DNA of 64,000 nt from the human T2T-CHM13v2.0 reference genome, Homo sapiens, in the NCBI RefSeq assembly GCF_009914755.1, contig NC_060933.1; one strand, given 5' to 3'. Below the pieces are notes generated by a model that was given only the letters and a program-made list of their open reading frames with translations, was not told where the DNA came from and searched no databases. A program made the translations under genes and the position numbers. Numbering within the stretch: position 1 is the stretch's first letter; each line of letters opens with the position of its first letter. This document shows, piece after piece, positions 1 to 11,974 of this stretch.

Positions 1-3000
1 CGAGTTGATTCCATTGCTTTGCATTCTATTCCATTCCATTCCATTCCGGATGATTCCATTCCATTGCATTCCATTCCATTCCATTCCCCTGCACTCGGGT
101 TGATTCCATTCCATTCCACTCCATTCCGTTCCATTCTAGTCCATTCCATTGTATTCGGGTTAATTCCATTCCATTCCATTCCATTCCATTCCATTACAAT
201 GTAGTTGATTCCATTCCATTCCATTCCATTCCATTCCATTCCAGTCCTTTCCATTCCATTCCACTCGGGTTGATTCCATTCTATTAGTTTCGATTCCATT
301 CCATTCCCTTCCATTCCAATCTGGTTGATTCCATTCCTTTCCATTCCACTCGAATACATTCCCTCGTATTCCACTCAGAACGATTCCATTCCATTCCATT
401 CCATTCCATTCCATTCCATTCCATTCCATTCCAGTTCGTTCCATTCCATTCTATTCCGTACCATTCTATTCCATTCCATTCCTTTCCATCCCATTCCATT
501 CCACTCGTGGTGATTCCATTCCTTTCCATTCCATTCGGTTTGAAGGCATTCCATTCCATTCAATTCCATTCCATTCCATTCCATTCCATTCCATTCCATT
601 GTACTCGAGTTGATTCCATTCCATTGCATTCAATTCCATTCCATTCCATTCCATTGTACTCGAGTTGATTCCATTCCATTGCATTCCATTCCATTCCATT
701 CCATTCCATTCTGTAGCATTCCATTCCATTACATTCGGATTGATTCTATTCAACTCCCTTACTCTCCATTACATTCCATTCCATTCGGGTTGTTCCATTC
801 CATTCCATTCCATTCCACTCCATTCCATTGCACTCGGGTTGATTCCATTCCATTCCATTCCATTCCATTCCATTCCGGATGATTCCATTCCATTGCATTC
901 CGTTCCATTACATTCCCCTGCACTCGCGTTGATTCCATTCCATTCCATTCCATTCCATTCAATTCCATTCCATTGCAATTCGTTCCATTCCATTCTATTC
1001 CGTACCATTCCATTCCATTCCGTTCCATTCTGTTCCTTTCCATTCCATTCCATTCTATTCGGATTAATTCCATTCCATTCCATTCCGTTCCATTCCATTC
1101 CATTCCATTCCTTTCCATTCCATTACATTCCATTTCGTTCCATTCCATTCTATTCCGTACGATTCCATTGCATTCCATTCCATTCCATTCCTTTGCATTC
1201 CATTGAAATCGAGTTGATTCCATTCCATTCCGTTCCATTCCATTCCATTCCATTCCATTCCGGATGATTCCATTCCACTGCATTCCATTCCATTAAATTC
1301 CCCTGCACTTGGGGTGATTCCTTTCCATTCTATTCTATTCCATTCCATTCCATTCCATTTCATTGCAATCGAGTTGATTCCATTGCATTCCATTCCATTC
1401 CATTCCAGTCCTTTCCATTCCATTCCACTCGGGTTGATTCCATTCTATTCCTTTCCATTCCATTCGATTCCATTCCATTCCACTCTGGTTGATACCATTC
1501 CTTTTCATTCCACTCGAAAACATTCCCTTCTATTCCACTCGGAATGATTCCATTCCATTCCATTCCATTCCATTCCATTCCGTTTCGTTCCATTACATTC
1601 TATTCCGTACCATTCCACTCCATTCCATTCCATTCCATTCCATGCCATTCCTCTCGGGTTGATTCCATTCCTTTCCATTCCATTAGGGTTGAATCCATTC
1701 CATTCCATTCCATTCCATTCCATTCCATTCCATTCCATGCCATTCCACTCGGGTTGATTCCATTCCTTTCCATTCCATTCGAGTTGAATCCATTCCATTC
1801 CATTCCATTCCATTCGATTCCATTCCATTGCACACGGGTTCATTTCATTCCATTCCATTCCATTCCATTTAGTTCCATTCCATTCTATTCCATACCATTC
1901 CATTCCATTGCATTCCATTCCACTCCATTCCATGCTATTCCTCTCGGGTTTATTCCATTCCTTTCCATTCCATTCGGATTGAATCCATTCCTTTCCATTC
2001 AATTCCATTCCACTCGATTCCATTACATTGCAGTCGTGTTGTTTCCATTCCATTCCATTCCATTCCATTTCATTCTATTCCATTCCATTCCATTCCATTC
2101 CATTCCATTCCATTCCATGCCATTCCACTCGGGTTGATTCCATTCCTTTCCATTCCATTCGAGTTGAAACCATTCCATTCCATTCCATTCCATTCTATTC
2201 CATTCCATTCCAATCCATTGCACACGGGTTCATTCCATTCCATTCCATTCCATTCCATTCCATTCCATTCCATTCCATTCCATTTCGTTCCATTCCATTC
2301 TATTCCGTACCATTCCATTCCATTCCATTCCATTCCATTCCATGCCATTCCACTCGGTTTTTTCCATTCCTTTCCATTCCATTCGGGTTGAATCCATTCC
2401 TTTCCATTCCATTCCGTTCAATTCCATTCCATTGCACTCGGGTTGATTCCATTCCATTCCATGCCATTCCATTTCATTCCGTTCCATTCCATTCCATTAC
2501 TTTCGGATTGATTCTTTTCAATTCCCTTACACTCCATTTCATTCCATTCCATTCGGGTAGTTTCCTTTCCATTCCATTCCATTCCACTCCATTGCATTGC
2601 ACTCGGGTTGATAGATTCCATTCCATTCCATTCCATTCCATTCCATTCCATTCCATTCCATTCCGGATGAATCCATTCCATTGCATTCCATTCCATTCCA
2701 TTCCCCTGCACACGGGTTGATTCCATTCCATTCCATTCCATTCCATTCCGTTCCATTCCATTCCATTCCATTCCATTCTGTTCAGGTTAATTCCATTCCA
2801 TTCCATTCCATTCCATTCCATTCCATTCCATTCCATTCCATTGCAATCGAGTTGTTTCCATTGCATTCCTTTCCATTCCATTCCATTGCATTCCATTGCA
2901 TTCCATTCCCATGCACTCAGGTTGATTCCATTCCATTCCATTCCATTCCATTCCATTCCATTCCGGATGATTCCATTCCATTGCCTTCCATTCCACTCCA

Positions 3001-6000
3001 TTCCCCTGCACTCGGGTTGATTCCATTCCATTCCATTCCATTCCATTCCATTCCATTCCATTCCATTCCATTCAACTGCACTAGGTTTGATTCCATTCCA
3101 CTGCATTCCATTCCATTCCATTCCATTCCACTCCATTCCATTCCATTCCCCCGCACTCGGGTTCATTCCATTCCATTGCATTTACTTCCATTCCATTCCA
3201 TTCCATTCCATTCCATTCCATTCCATTAGACTCCATTCCATGCCATTCCACTCGGTTTTATTCCATTCGTTTCCATTCCATTCGGGATGAATCCATTACA
3301 TTCCATTACATTCGATTCCATTACATTGCACTCGTGTTGATTCCATTCCATTCCATTCCATTCCATTCCATTCCATGCCATTCCACTCGGGTTGATTTCA
3401 TTCCATTCCGTTCCATTCGAGTCGAACCCATTCCATTCCATTCCATTCCATTCCATTCCATTCCAATCCATTGCACACGGGTTCATTCCATTCCATTCCA
3501 TTCCATTCCATTCCATTCCATTTCGTTCCATTCCATTCTATTCGGTACCATTCCATTCCATTCCATTCGGTACCATTCCATTCCATTCCATTCCAATCCA
3601 TTCCATTCCATGCCATTCCACTTGGGTTGATTCCCTTCCTTTCCATTCCATTCGGGTTGAATCCATTCCATTCCATTCCATTCCATTCCATTCCATTCCA
3701 TTCCATTCCATTCCTTTCAATTCCATTGCACACGGGTTGGTTCCATTCCATTCCTTTCCGTTCCATTCCGGATGACTCCATTCCATTGCATTCCATTCCA
3801 TTCCATTCCCCTGCACTCGGGTTCATTACCTTCCATTCCATTTACTTCCATTCCATTCCATTCCATTCTATTCGGGTTAATTCCATTCCATTCCATTCCA
3901 TTCTATTCGGGTTAATTCCATTCCATTCCATTCCATTCCATTCCATTCCATTCCATTCCATTCCATTCCATTGCAATCGAGTTGATTCCATTCCATTCCA
4001 TTCAATTCCGGATGATTCCATTCCATTGCCTTCAATTCCATTCCATTCCCCTGCACTCGGGTTGATTCCATTCCATTCCATTCCATTCCATTCCATTCCA
4101 TTCCATTCCATTTCATTCCATTCCATTTCGTTCCTTTCCATTCTATTCCGTACCATTCCATTCCATTCCATTCCATTCCATTCCATTCCATTCCATGCCA
4201 TTCCACTCGGGTTGATTCCATTCCTTTCCATTCCATTCGAGTTGAATCCATTCCAATCCATTCCATTCCATTCGATTCCATTCCATTGCACACGGGTTCA
4301 TTCTATTCCATTCCATTCCATTCCATTCCATTCCATTCCATTCCATTTCGTTCCATTCCATTATATTCCGTACCATTCCATTCCATTCCATTCCATTCCA
4401 TTCCACTCCACTCCATGCCATTCCACTCGGGTTTATTCCATTCCTTTCCATTCCATTCGGGTTGAATCCATTCCATTCCATTCCATTCCATTCGATTCCA
4501 TTACATTGCACTCGGGTTGATTCCATTCCTTTCCATTCCATTCCATTCCACTCCATTCCATGCCATTCCACGCGGGTTTATTCCATTCCTTTCCATTCCA
4601 TTCGTGTTGAATCCATTCCATTCCATTCCATTCCATTCGATTCCATTACACTGCACTCGGGTTGATTCCATTCCATTCCATTACATTCCATTTCATTCCA
4701 TTCCATTCCATTCCATTCCATTCCATTCCATTCCATTCCATGCCATTCCACTCGTGTTGATTCCATTCCTTTGCATTCCATTCGTGTTGAACCCATTCCA
4801 TTCCATTCCATTCCATTGCACACAGGTTCATTCCATTCCATTCCATTCCATTCCATTCCATTCCATTCCGTTCCATTCCATTCCATTCCATTCCATTCCA
4901 TTCCATTCCATTTCGTTCCATTCCATTCTATTCTGTACCATTCCATTCCATTCCATTCCACTCCATTCCATGCCATTCCACTCGGGTTTATTCCATTCCT
5001 TTTCATTCCATTTGGGTTGAATCCATTCCATTCCATTCCATTCCTTTCGATTCCATTATATTGCACACGGGTTGATTCCATTCCATTCCATTCCGTTCCA
5101 TTCAGGATGACTCCATTCCATTGCATTCCATTCCATTCCATTCCCCTGCACTCGGGTTCATTACATTCCATTCCATTCCCATCCACTCCATTCCATTCCA
5201 TTCCATTCCATTCCATTTCAATCGAGTTGATTCCATTCCATTCCATTACATTCCATTCAATTCCGGATGATTCCATTCCATTGCCTTCCATTCCACTCCA
5301 TTCCCCTGCACTCGGGTTGATTCCATTCCATTCCATTCCATTCCATTCCATTCCATTCCATTTCTTTCCATTCCACTCTATTCCGTACCATTCCATTCCA
5401 TTCCTTTCCATTCCAATCCATGCTATTCCACTCGGGTCGATTCCATTCCTTTCCATTCCATTCGAGTTGAATGCATTCCATTCCATTCCATTCCATTCGA
5501 TTCCATTCCATTGCACACGGGTTCATTTCATTCCATTCCATTCCATTCCATTCCATTCCAATCCATTCCATTTCGTTCCATTCCATTCTATTCCGTACCA
5601 TTCCATTCCATTCCATTCCATTCCATTCCACTGCATTCTATTGCACTCGGGTTGATTGACTCCATTCCATTGCATTCCATTCCATTCCATTCCATTCCAT
5701 TCCATTCCATTCTGTTCAGGTTAATTCCATTCCATTCCATTCCCTTCCATTCCATTCCATTCCATTCCATCCCATTGCAATCGAGGTGATTCCATTGCAT
5801 TCCATTCCATTCCATTCCATTCCATTGCATTCCCCTGCACTCAGATTGATTCCATTGCATTCCTTTCCATTCCATTCCGTTCCATTCCTTTCCATTCCAT
5901 TCTATTTGCGTTAATTCCGTTCCATTCCATTCCATTACATTCCTTTGCAATCGAGTTGATTCCATTCCATTCCATTCCATTCCATTCCATTCCATTCCAT

Positions 6001-6509
6001 TCCATGCCATTCCACTCGGGTTGATTCCATTCCTTTCCATTCCATTCGAGTTGAATCCATTCCATTCCATTCTATTCCATTCGATTCCATTCCATTGCTC
6101 ACGTGTTCATTCCATTCCATTCCATTCCATTCCATTCCATTCCATTCCATTTCTTTCCATTCCATTCTCTTCCGTAGTATTCCATTCCATTCCATTCCAC
6201 TCCATTCCATGCCATTCCACTCGGGTTTATTCCATTCCTTTCCATTCCATTCGGGTTGAATTCATTCCATTCCATTCCACTCCATTCCATTCAATTCCAT
6301 TACATTGCACTCGGGTTGATTCCATTGCATTCCATTCCATTTCAATCCATTCCCTTCCATTCCATTTCATTCCATTCCATTCCATTCCATTCCATTCCAT
6401 TCCATTCCATTCCATGCCATTCCACTCGAGTTGATTCCATTACTTTCCATTCCATTCTAGTTGAACCCATTCCATTCCATTCCATTCCATTCCATTCCAT
6501 TGCACACGG
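1..6509 (-). repeat. HSat3 orientation block 1 (CATTC on +, G-rich strand on -)
   Basis: (CATTC)n reads on + up to ...ccattgcacacgg (6509). Confidence 0.97.
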
Positions 6510-7484
6510 AATGGAATGGAATGGAAACAACCCGAATGGAATGGAATGTAATGGAGTGTAAGGGAATTGAATACAATCAATCCGAATGTAATGGAATGGA
6601 ATGGAACGGAATGGAATGGAATGGAATGCAGTGGAATGGAATCAAACCTAGTGCAATGGAATGGAATGCAATGGAATGGAATGGAATGGAATGGAAGGGA
6701 TTGGATTCAACCCAAATGGAATGGAAAGCAATGGAATCAAACCGAGTGGAATGGCATGGAATGGAATGGAATGGTACAGAATAGAATGGAATGGAACGAA
6801 ATGGAATGGAATGGAATGGAATGGAACGGAATGGAATTAACGCGAGTAGAATGGAATGGAATGTAATGGAACGGAATGGAATGGAATGGGATGGAATGGA
6901 ATCAATCTGAGTGCAGGGGAATGGAATGGAATGGAATGCAATGGAATGGAATGGAATGGAATGGAATGCAATGGAATCAACTAGATTGCAATGGGATGGA
7001 ATGGAATGGAATGGAATGGAAGGGAATGGAATGGAATGAAATTAACCTGAACAGAATGGAATGGAATGGAATGGAACGGAATGGAAGGGAATGGAATGGA
7101 ATGGAATTAACCTGAACAGAATGGAATAGAATGGAATGGAACGGAATGGAATGGAATGGAATGGAATGGAATGCAATGGAATGGGATCAACCCAAGTGCA
7201 GGGGAATGGAATGGAATGGAATGCAATGGAATGGAATCAATCAACCCGAGTGCAATAGAATGCAGTGGAATGGAATGGAATGGAATGGAAAGTACCCGAA
7301 TGGAATGGAATGTAATGGAGTGTAAGGGAATTAAAAAGAATCAATCCGAATGTAATGGAATGGAATTGAAAGGAAAGGAATGGAAAGGAATGGAACGGAA
7401 TGGAACGGGATGAAATGGAATGGCATAGAACGGAATGGAATCAACCCGAGCGCAATGGAATGGAATGGAATGGAATGGAATGGA
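1..7484 (+). repeat. Direct duplication D1, copy 1 (partner 21200-28683; offset 21,199)
   Basis: Position 1 cgagttgattccattgctttgcattcta recurs at 21200. ORF pairs with identical translations: 19/21218 and 665/21864 (21,199), 3226/24430 (21,204), 6227/27426 and 7131/28330 (21,199). The copies diverge after caacccgagcgcaat(ggaat)n. Copy 1 probably extends upstream of the window. Confidence 0.95.
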
Positions 7485-9882
7485 ATGGAATGGAGTCAAT
7501 CAACCCGAGTGCAATAGAATGCAGTGGAATGGAATGGAATGGAATGGAATGGAATGGTACGGAATAGAATGGAATGGAACGAAATGGAATGGATTGGAAT
7601 GGAATGGAATGGAATGGAATGGAATGAAATGAACCCGTGTGCAATGGAATGGAATCGAATGGAATGGAATGGAATGGAATGCATTCAACTCGAATGGAAT
7701 GGAAAGGAATGGAATCGACCCGAGTGGAATAGCATGGATTGGAATGGAAAGGAATGGAATGGAATGGTACGGAATAGAGTGGAATGGAAAGAAATGGAAT
7801 GGAATGGAATGGAATGGAATGGAATGGAATGGAATCAACCCGAGTGCAGGGGAATGGAGTGGAATGGAAGGCAATGGAATGGAATCATCCGGAATGGAAT
7901 GGAATGGAATGGAATGGAATGGAATGGAATGGAATGGAATGATACGGAATAGAATGGAATGGAACGAAATGGAATGGAATGGAATGGAATGGAATGGAAT
8001 GGAATGGAATGGAATGGTTCCGAGTGGAATAGGAGGGAATGTATTCGAGTGGAATGGAAAGGAATGGAATCAACCAGAGTGGAATGGAAGGGAATGGAAT
8101 GCAATGGAAACTAATAGAATGGAATCAACCCGAGTGGAATGGAATGGAAAGGACTGGAATGGAATGGAATGGAATGGAATCAACTCGATTGTAATGGAAT
8201 GGAATGGAATGGAATGGAATGGAATGGAATTAACCCGAATACAATGGAATGGAATGGAATGGAACGGAATGGAGTGGAATGGAATGGAATCAACCCGAGT
8301 GCAGGGGAATGGAATGGAATGGAATGCAATGGAATGCAATCATCCGGAATGGAATGGAATGGAGTGGAATGCAAAGCAATGGAATCAACTCGATTGCAAT
8401 GGAATGGAATGGAATGGAAAGGAATACATTGGAATCAACCCGAGTGGAATGGAATGGAAAGGACTGGAATGGAGTGGAATGGAATAGAATGGACTGGAAT
8501 GGAATGGAATGGAATCAACTCGATTGGAATGGAATGGAATGGAATGGAATGGAATGGAATTAACCCGAATAGAATGGAATGGAATGGAATGGAACGGAAC
8601 GGAACGGAACGGAACGGAACGGAATGGAATGGAATGGAATGGAATGGAACGGAACGGAACGGAATGGAATGGAAAGGAATGGAATGGAAAGGAATCAACG
8701 TGAGTGCAGGGGAATGGAATGGAATGGAATGAAATGGAATGGAATCTTACGGAATGGAATGGAATGGAATGGATTAGAATGGAATGGAATGGAATGGAAT
8801 GGAATCAACCCGAGTACAGGGGAATGGAATGGAATGTAATGCAATGGAATGGAATCATCCGTAATGGAATGTAAAGGAATGGAATGGAATGGAATGGAAT
8901 GGAATGGAATGGAATGCAATGGATTCAACTCGATTGCAATGAAATGGAATAGAATGGAATGGAATGGAATGGAATGGAATGGAATGGAATTAACCCGAAT
9001 AGAATGGAATGGAATGGTATGGAACGGAACGGAACGGAAAGTAACCGAATGGAATGGAATGGAATGGAATGGAATGGAATGGAATGGAATGGAATGGTAC
9101 AGAATAGAATGGAATGGAAAGAATTGGAATGGAATGGAATCGAATGGAATGGAATCGAATGGAATGGAATGGAATGGAATGCAATGGAATGGAATGGAAC
9201 CAACCCGAGTGCCATGGAATGGATTGGAATGGAATGGAATGGAATGGAACAACCCGAATGGAATGGAATGTAATGGAGAGTAAGGGAGTTGAATAGAATC
9301 AATCCGAATGTAATGGAATGGAATGGAACGGAATGGAATGGAATGTAATGGAATGGAATGCAATGGAATGGAATCAACCCGAGTACAATGGAATGGAATG
9401 GAATGGAATGGAATGGAATGGAATGGAATGGAATGGAATCAACCCGAGTGCAATGGAATAGAGAGGAAAGGAATGGAATGGAATGGAAACTACCCGAATG
9501 GAATGGAATGTAATGAAGTGTAAGGGAATTGAATAGAATCAATCCGAATGGAATGGAATGTAATGGAACGGAATGTAATGTAATGGACTGCAATGGAATC
9601 AACCCGAGTGCAGGGGAATGGAATGGAATGGAATGCAATGGAATGGAATCATCCGGAATGGAATGGAATGGAATGGAATAGAATCAACCCGAGTGCAAAG
9701 GAATGGAGTGAAATGGAATGGAATGGAATGGAAACAACCAGAATGGATTGGAATATAATGGAGTGTAAGGGAATTGAATAGAATCAATCTGAATGTAATG
9801 AAATGGAATGGAACGGAAAGGAATGGAATGGAATGGAATGGAATGGAATGGAATGCAATGGAATGGAATCAACCCGAGTGCA
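6508..9882 (+). repeat. HSat3 orientation block 2, about 3.37-kb inverted island (GGAAT on +)
   Basis: (GGAAT)n runs from ggaatggaat at 6508 to ...aacccgagtgca at 9882, flanked on both sides by CATTC-oriented sequence. Confidence 0.97.
7484..7895 (+). repeat. Inverted copy (about 412 bp) of 5260-5671
   Basis: Position x pairs with 13155-x. ORF 5257..5631(-) is identical to the first 124 aa of ORF 7524..7952(+). Rare words are shared in reverse complement (ggagtcaatcaacc, atcgacccgagtggaatagcatgg, atagagtggaatggaaagaaatgg). Confidence 0.93.
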
Positions 9883-10920
9883 TTCCATTGCATTCTGGTT
9901 GTTTCCATTCCATTCCATTCCATTTCAGTCCATTCCATTGCACTCAGGTTGATTCCATTCCATTCCATTCCATTGCATTCCATTCCATTCCATTCCGGAT
10001 GATTCCATTCCATTGCATTCCATTCCATTCCATTCCCCTGCACTCGGGTTGATTCCATTCCATTCCATTACATTACATTCCGTTCCATACCATTCCATTC
10101 CTTTCGGATTGATTCTATTCAATTCCCTTACACTCCATTACATTCCATTCCATTCGGGTAGTTTCCATTCCATTCCATTCCATTCCTCTCCATTCCATTG
10201 CACTCGGGTTGATTCCATTCCATTCCATTCCATTCCATTCCATTCCATTCCATTCCATTCCATTCCATTCCATTACATTACATTATATTCCGTTCCATTG
10301 TACTCGGGTTGATTCCATTCCATTGCATTCCATTCCATTCCATTCCATTCCATTCCGTTCCATTCCATTACATTCGGATTGATTCTATTGAACTCCCTTA
10401 CTCTCCATTACATTCCATTCCATTCGGGTTGTTCTATTCCATTCCATTCCGTTCCACTCCATTCCATTGCACACGGGTTGATTCCATTCCATTCCATTCC
10501 ATTCCATTCCATTCCAGTCCATTCCATTCCGGATGATTCCATTCCATTGCATTCCTTTCCATTACATTCCCCTGCACTCGGGTTGATTCCATTCCATTCC
10601 ATTCCATTCCATTCGATTCCATTCCATTCCAATTCTTTCCATTCCATTCTATTCCGTACCATGCCATTCCATTCCATACAATTCAATTCCATTCCATTCT
10701 ATTCCGTACCATGCCATTCCATTCCATACAATTCCATTCCATTCCATTCCACTCCGTTCCGTTCCGTTCCGTTCCGTTCGGTTCCATTCCATTCCATTCC
10801 ATTCTATTCGGTTTAATTCCATTCCATTCCATTCCATTCTATTCTATTCCATTGCAATCGAGTTGAATCCATTGCATTCCATTCAATTCCATTCCATTCC
10901 ATTCCATTCCGTAAGATTCC
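8741..10920. repeat. Diverged fold-back inverted repeat (arms about 8741-9745 and 9891-10920; spacer about 145 bp)
   Basis: Cassettes appear in mirror order across the 9880 switch: gaaacaaccagaatg/cattctggttgtttc, gtaagggaattg/caattcccttac, aaactacccg/cgggtagttt, gagagtaagggagtt/aactcccttactctc, ggaaagaattgg/ccaattctttcc, ggaatcttacgg(8741)/ccgtaagattcc(10909-10920). Confidence 0.85.
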
Positions 10921-11974
10921 ATTCCATTGCATTCCATTCCATTCCATTCCATTCCATTCCATTCCATTCCATTCCATTCCATTGTACTCGGGTTGATTCC
11001 ATTCCATTGCATTCCATTCAATTCCATTCCATTCCATTCCGTTCCATTCCATTCCATTACATTCGGATTGATTCTTTTCAACTCCCTTACTCTCCATTGC
11101 ATTCCATTCCATTCGGGTTGTTCCATTCCATTCCATTCCATTCCACTCCATTCCATTGCACTCGGGTTGATTCCATTCCATTCCATTCCATTCCATTCCG
11201 GATGATTCCATTCCATTGCATTCCGTTCCATTACATTCCCCTGCACTCGGGTTGATTCCATTCCATTCCATTCCATTCCATTCCATTCCATTCCCCTGCA
11301 CTCGCGTTGATTCCATTCCATTCCATTCCATTCCATTCCATTCCTTTCCATTCCAGTCCTTTCCATTCCATTCCATTCGGGTTGATTCCATTCTATTAGT
11401 TTCCATTCCATTCCATTCCCTTCCATTCTACTCTGGTTGATTCCATTCCTTTCAATTCCACTCGAATACATTCCCTCCTATTCCACTCGGAACGATTCCA
11501 TTCCATTCCATTCCATTCCATTCCATTCCATTCCATTCCATTCCATTCCATTTCGTTCCATTCCATTCTATTCCGTATCATTCCATTCCATTCCATTCCA
11601 TTCCATTCCATTCCATTCCATTCGTGTTGATTCCATTCCTTTCCATTCCATTCGGTTTGAAGGCATTCCAATCCATTCCATTCCCTTCCATTCCATTCCA
11701 TTCCATTCCATTCCATTCCATTCCATTGTACTCGGGTTGATTCCATTCCATTGCATTCCATTCCATTCCATTCCATTCCATTCCATTCCATTCCATTCCG
11801 TTGCATTCTGTTCCATTACATTCAGATTGATTCTATTCAACTCCCTTACTCTCCATTACATTCCATTCCATTCGGGTTGTTCCATTCCATTCCATTCCAT
11901 TCCACTCCATTCCATTGCACTCGGGTTGATTCCATTCCATTCCATTCCATTCCATTCCATTCCATTCCATTCCA

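Noticed and set aside
9281-9310. DUX4-like site in gaatagaatcaatcc cassettes
   Set aside because: It matches only the AATCA half and lacks the TAA start of the consensus, which is too weak to call.
6490-9900. Transposon or foreign insertion explaining the inverted island
   Set aside because: The junctions are satellite-to-satellite with 2-4 bp overlaps. There is no target-site duplication, poly(A), terminal repeat or non-satellite sequence.
9881-9960. Intrinsic terminator or structured ncRNA at the strand switch
   Set aside because: Pairing potential follows trivially from the GGAAT/CATTC inversion. There is no U-tract or RNA-family signature.
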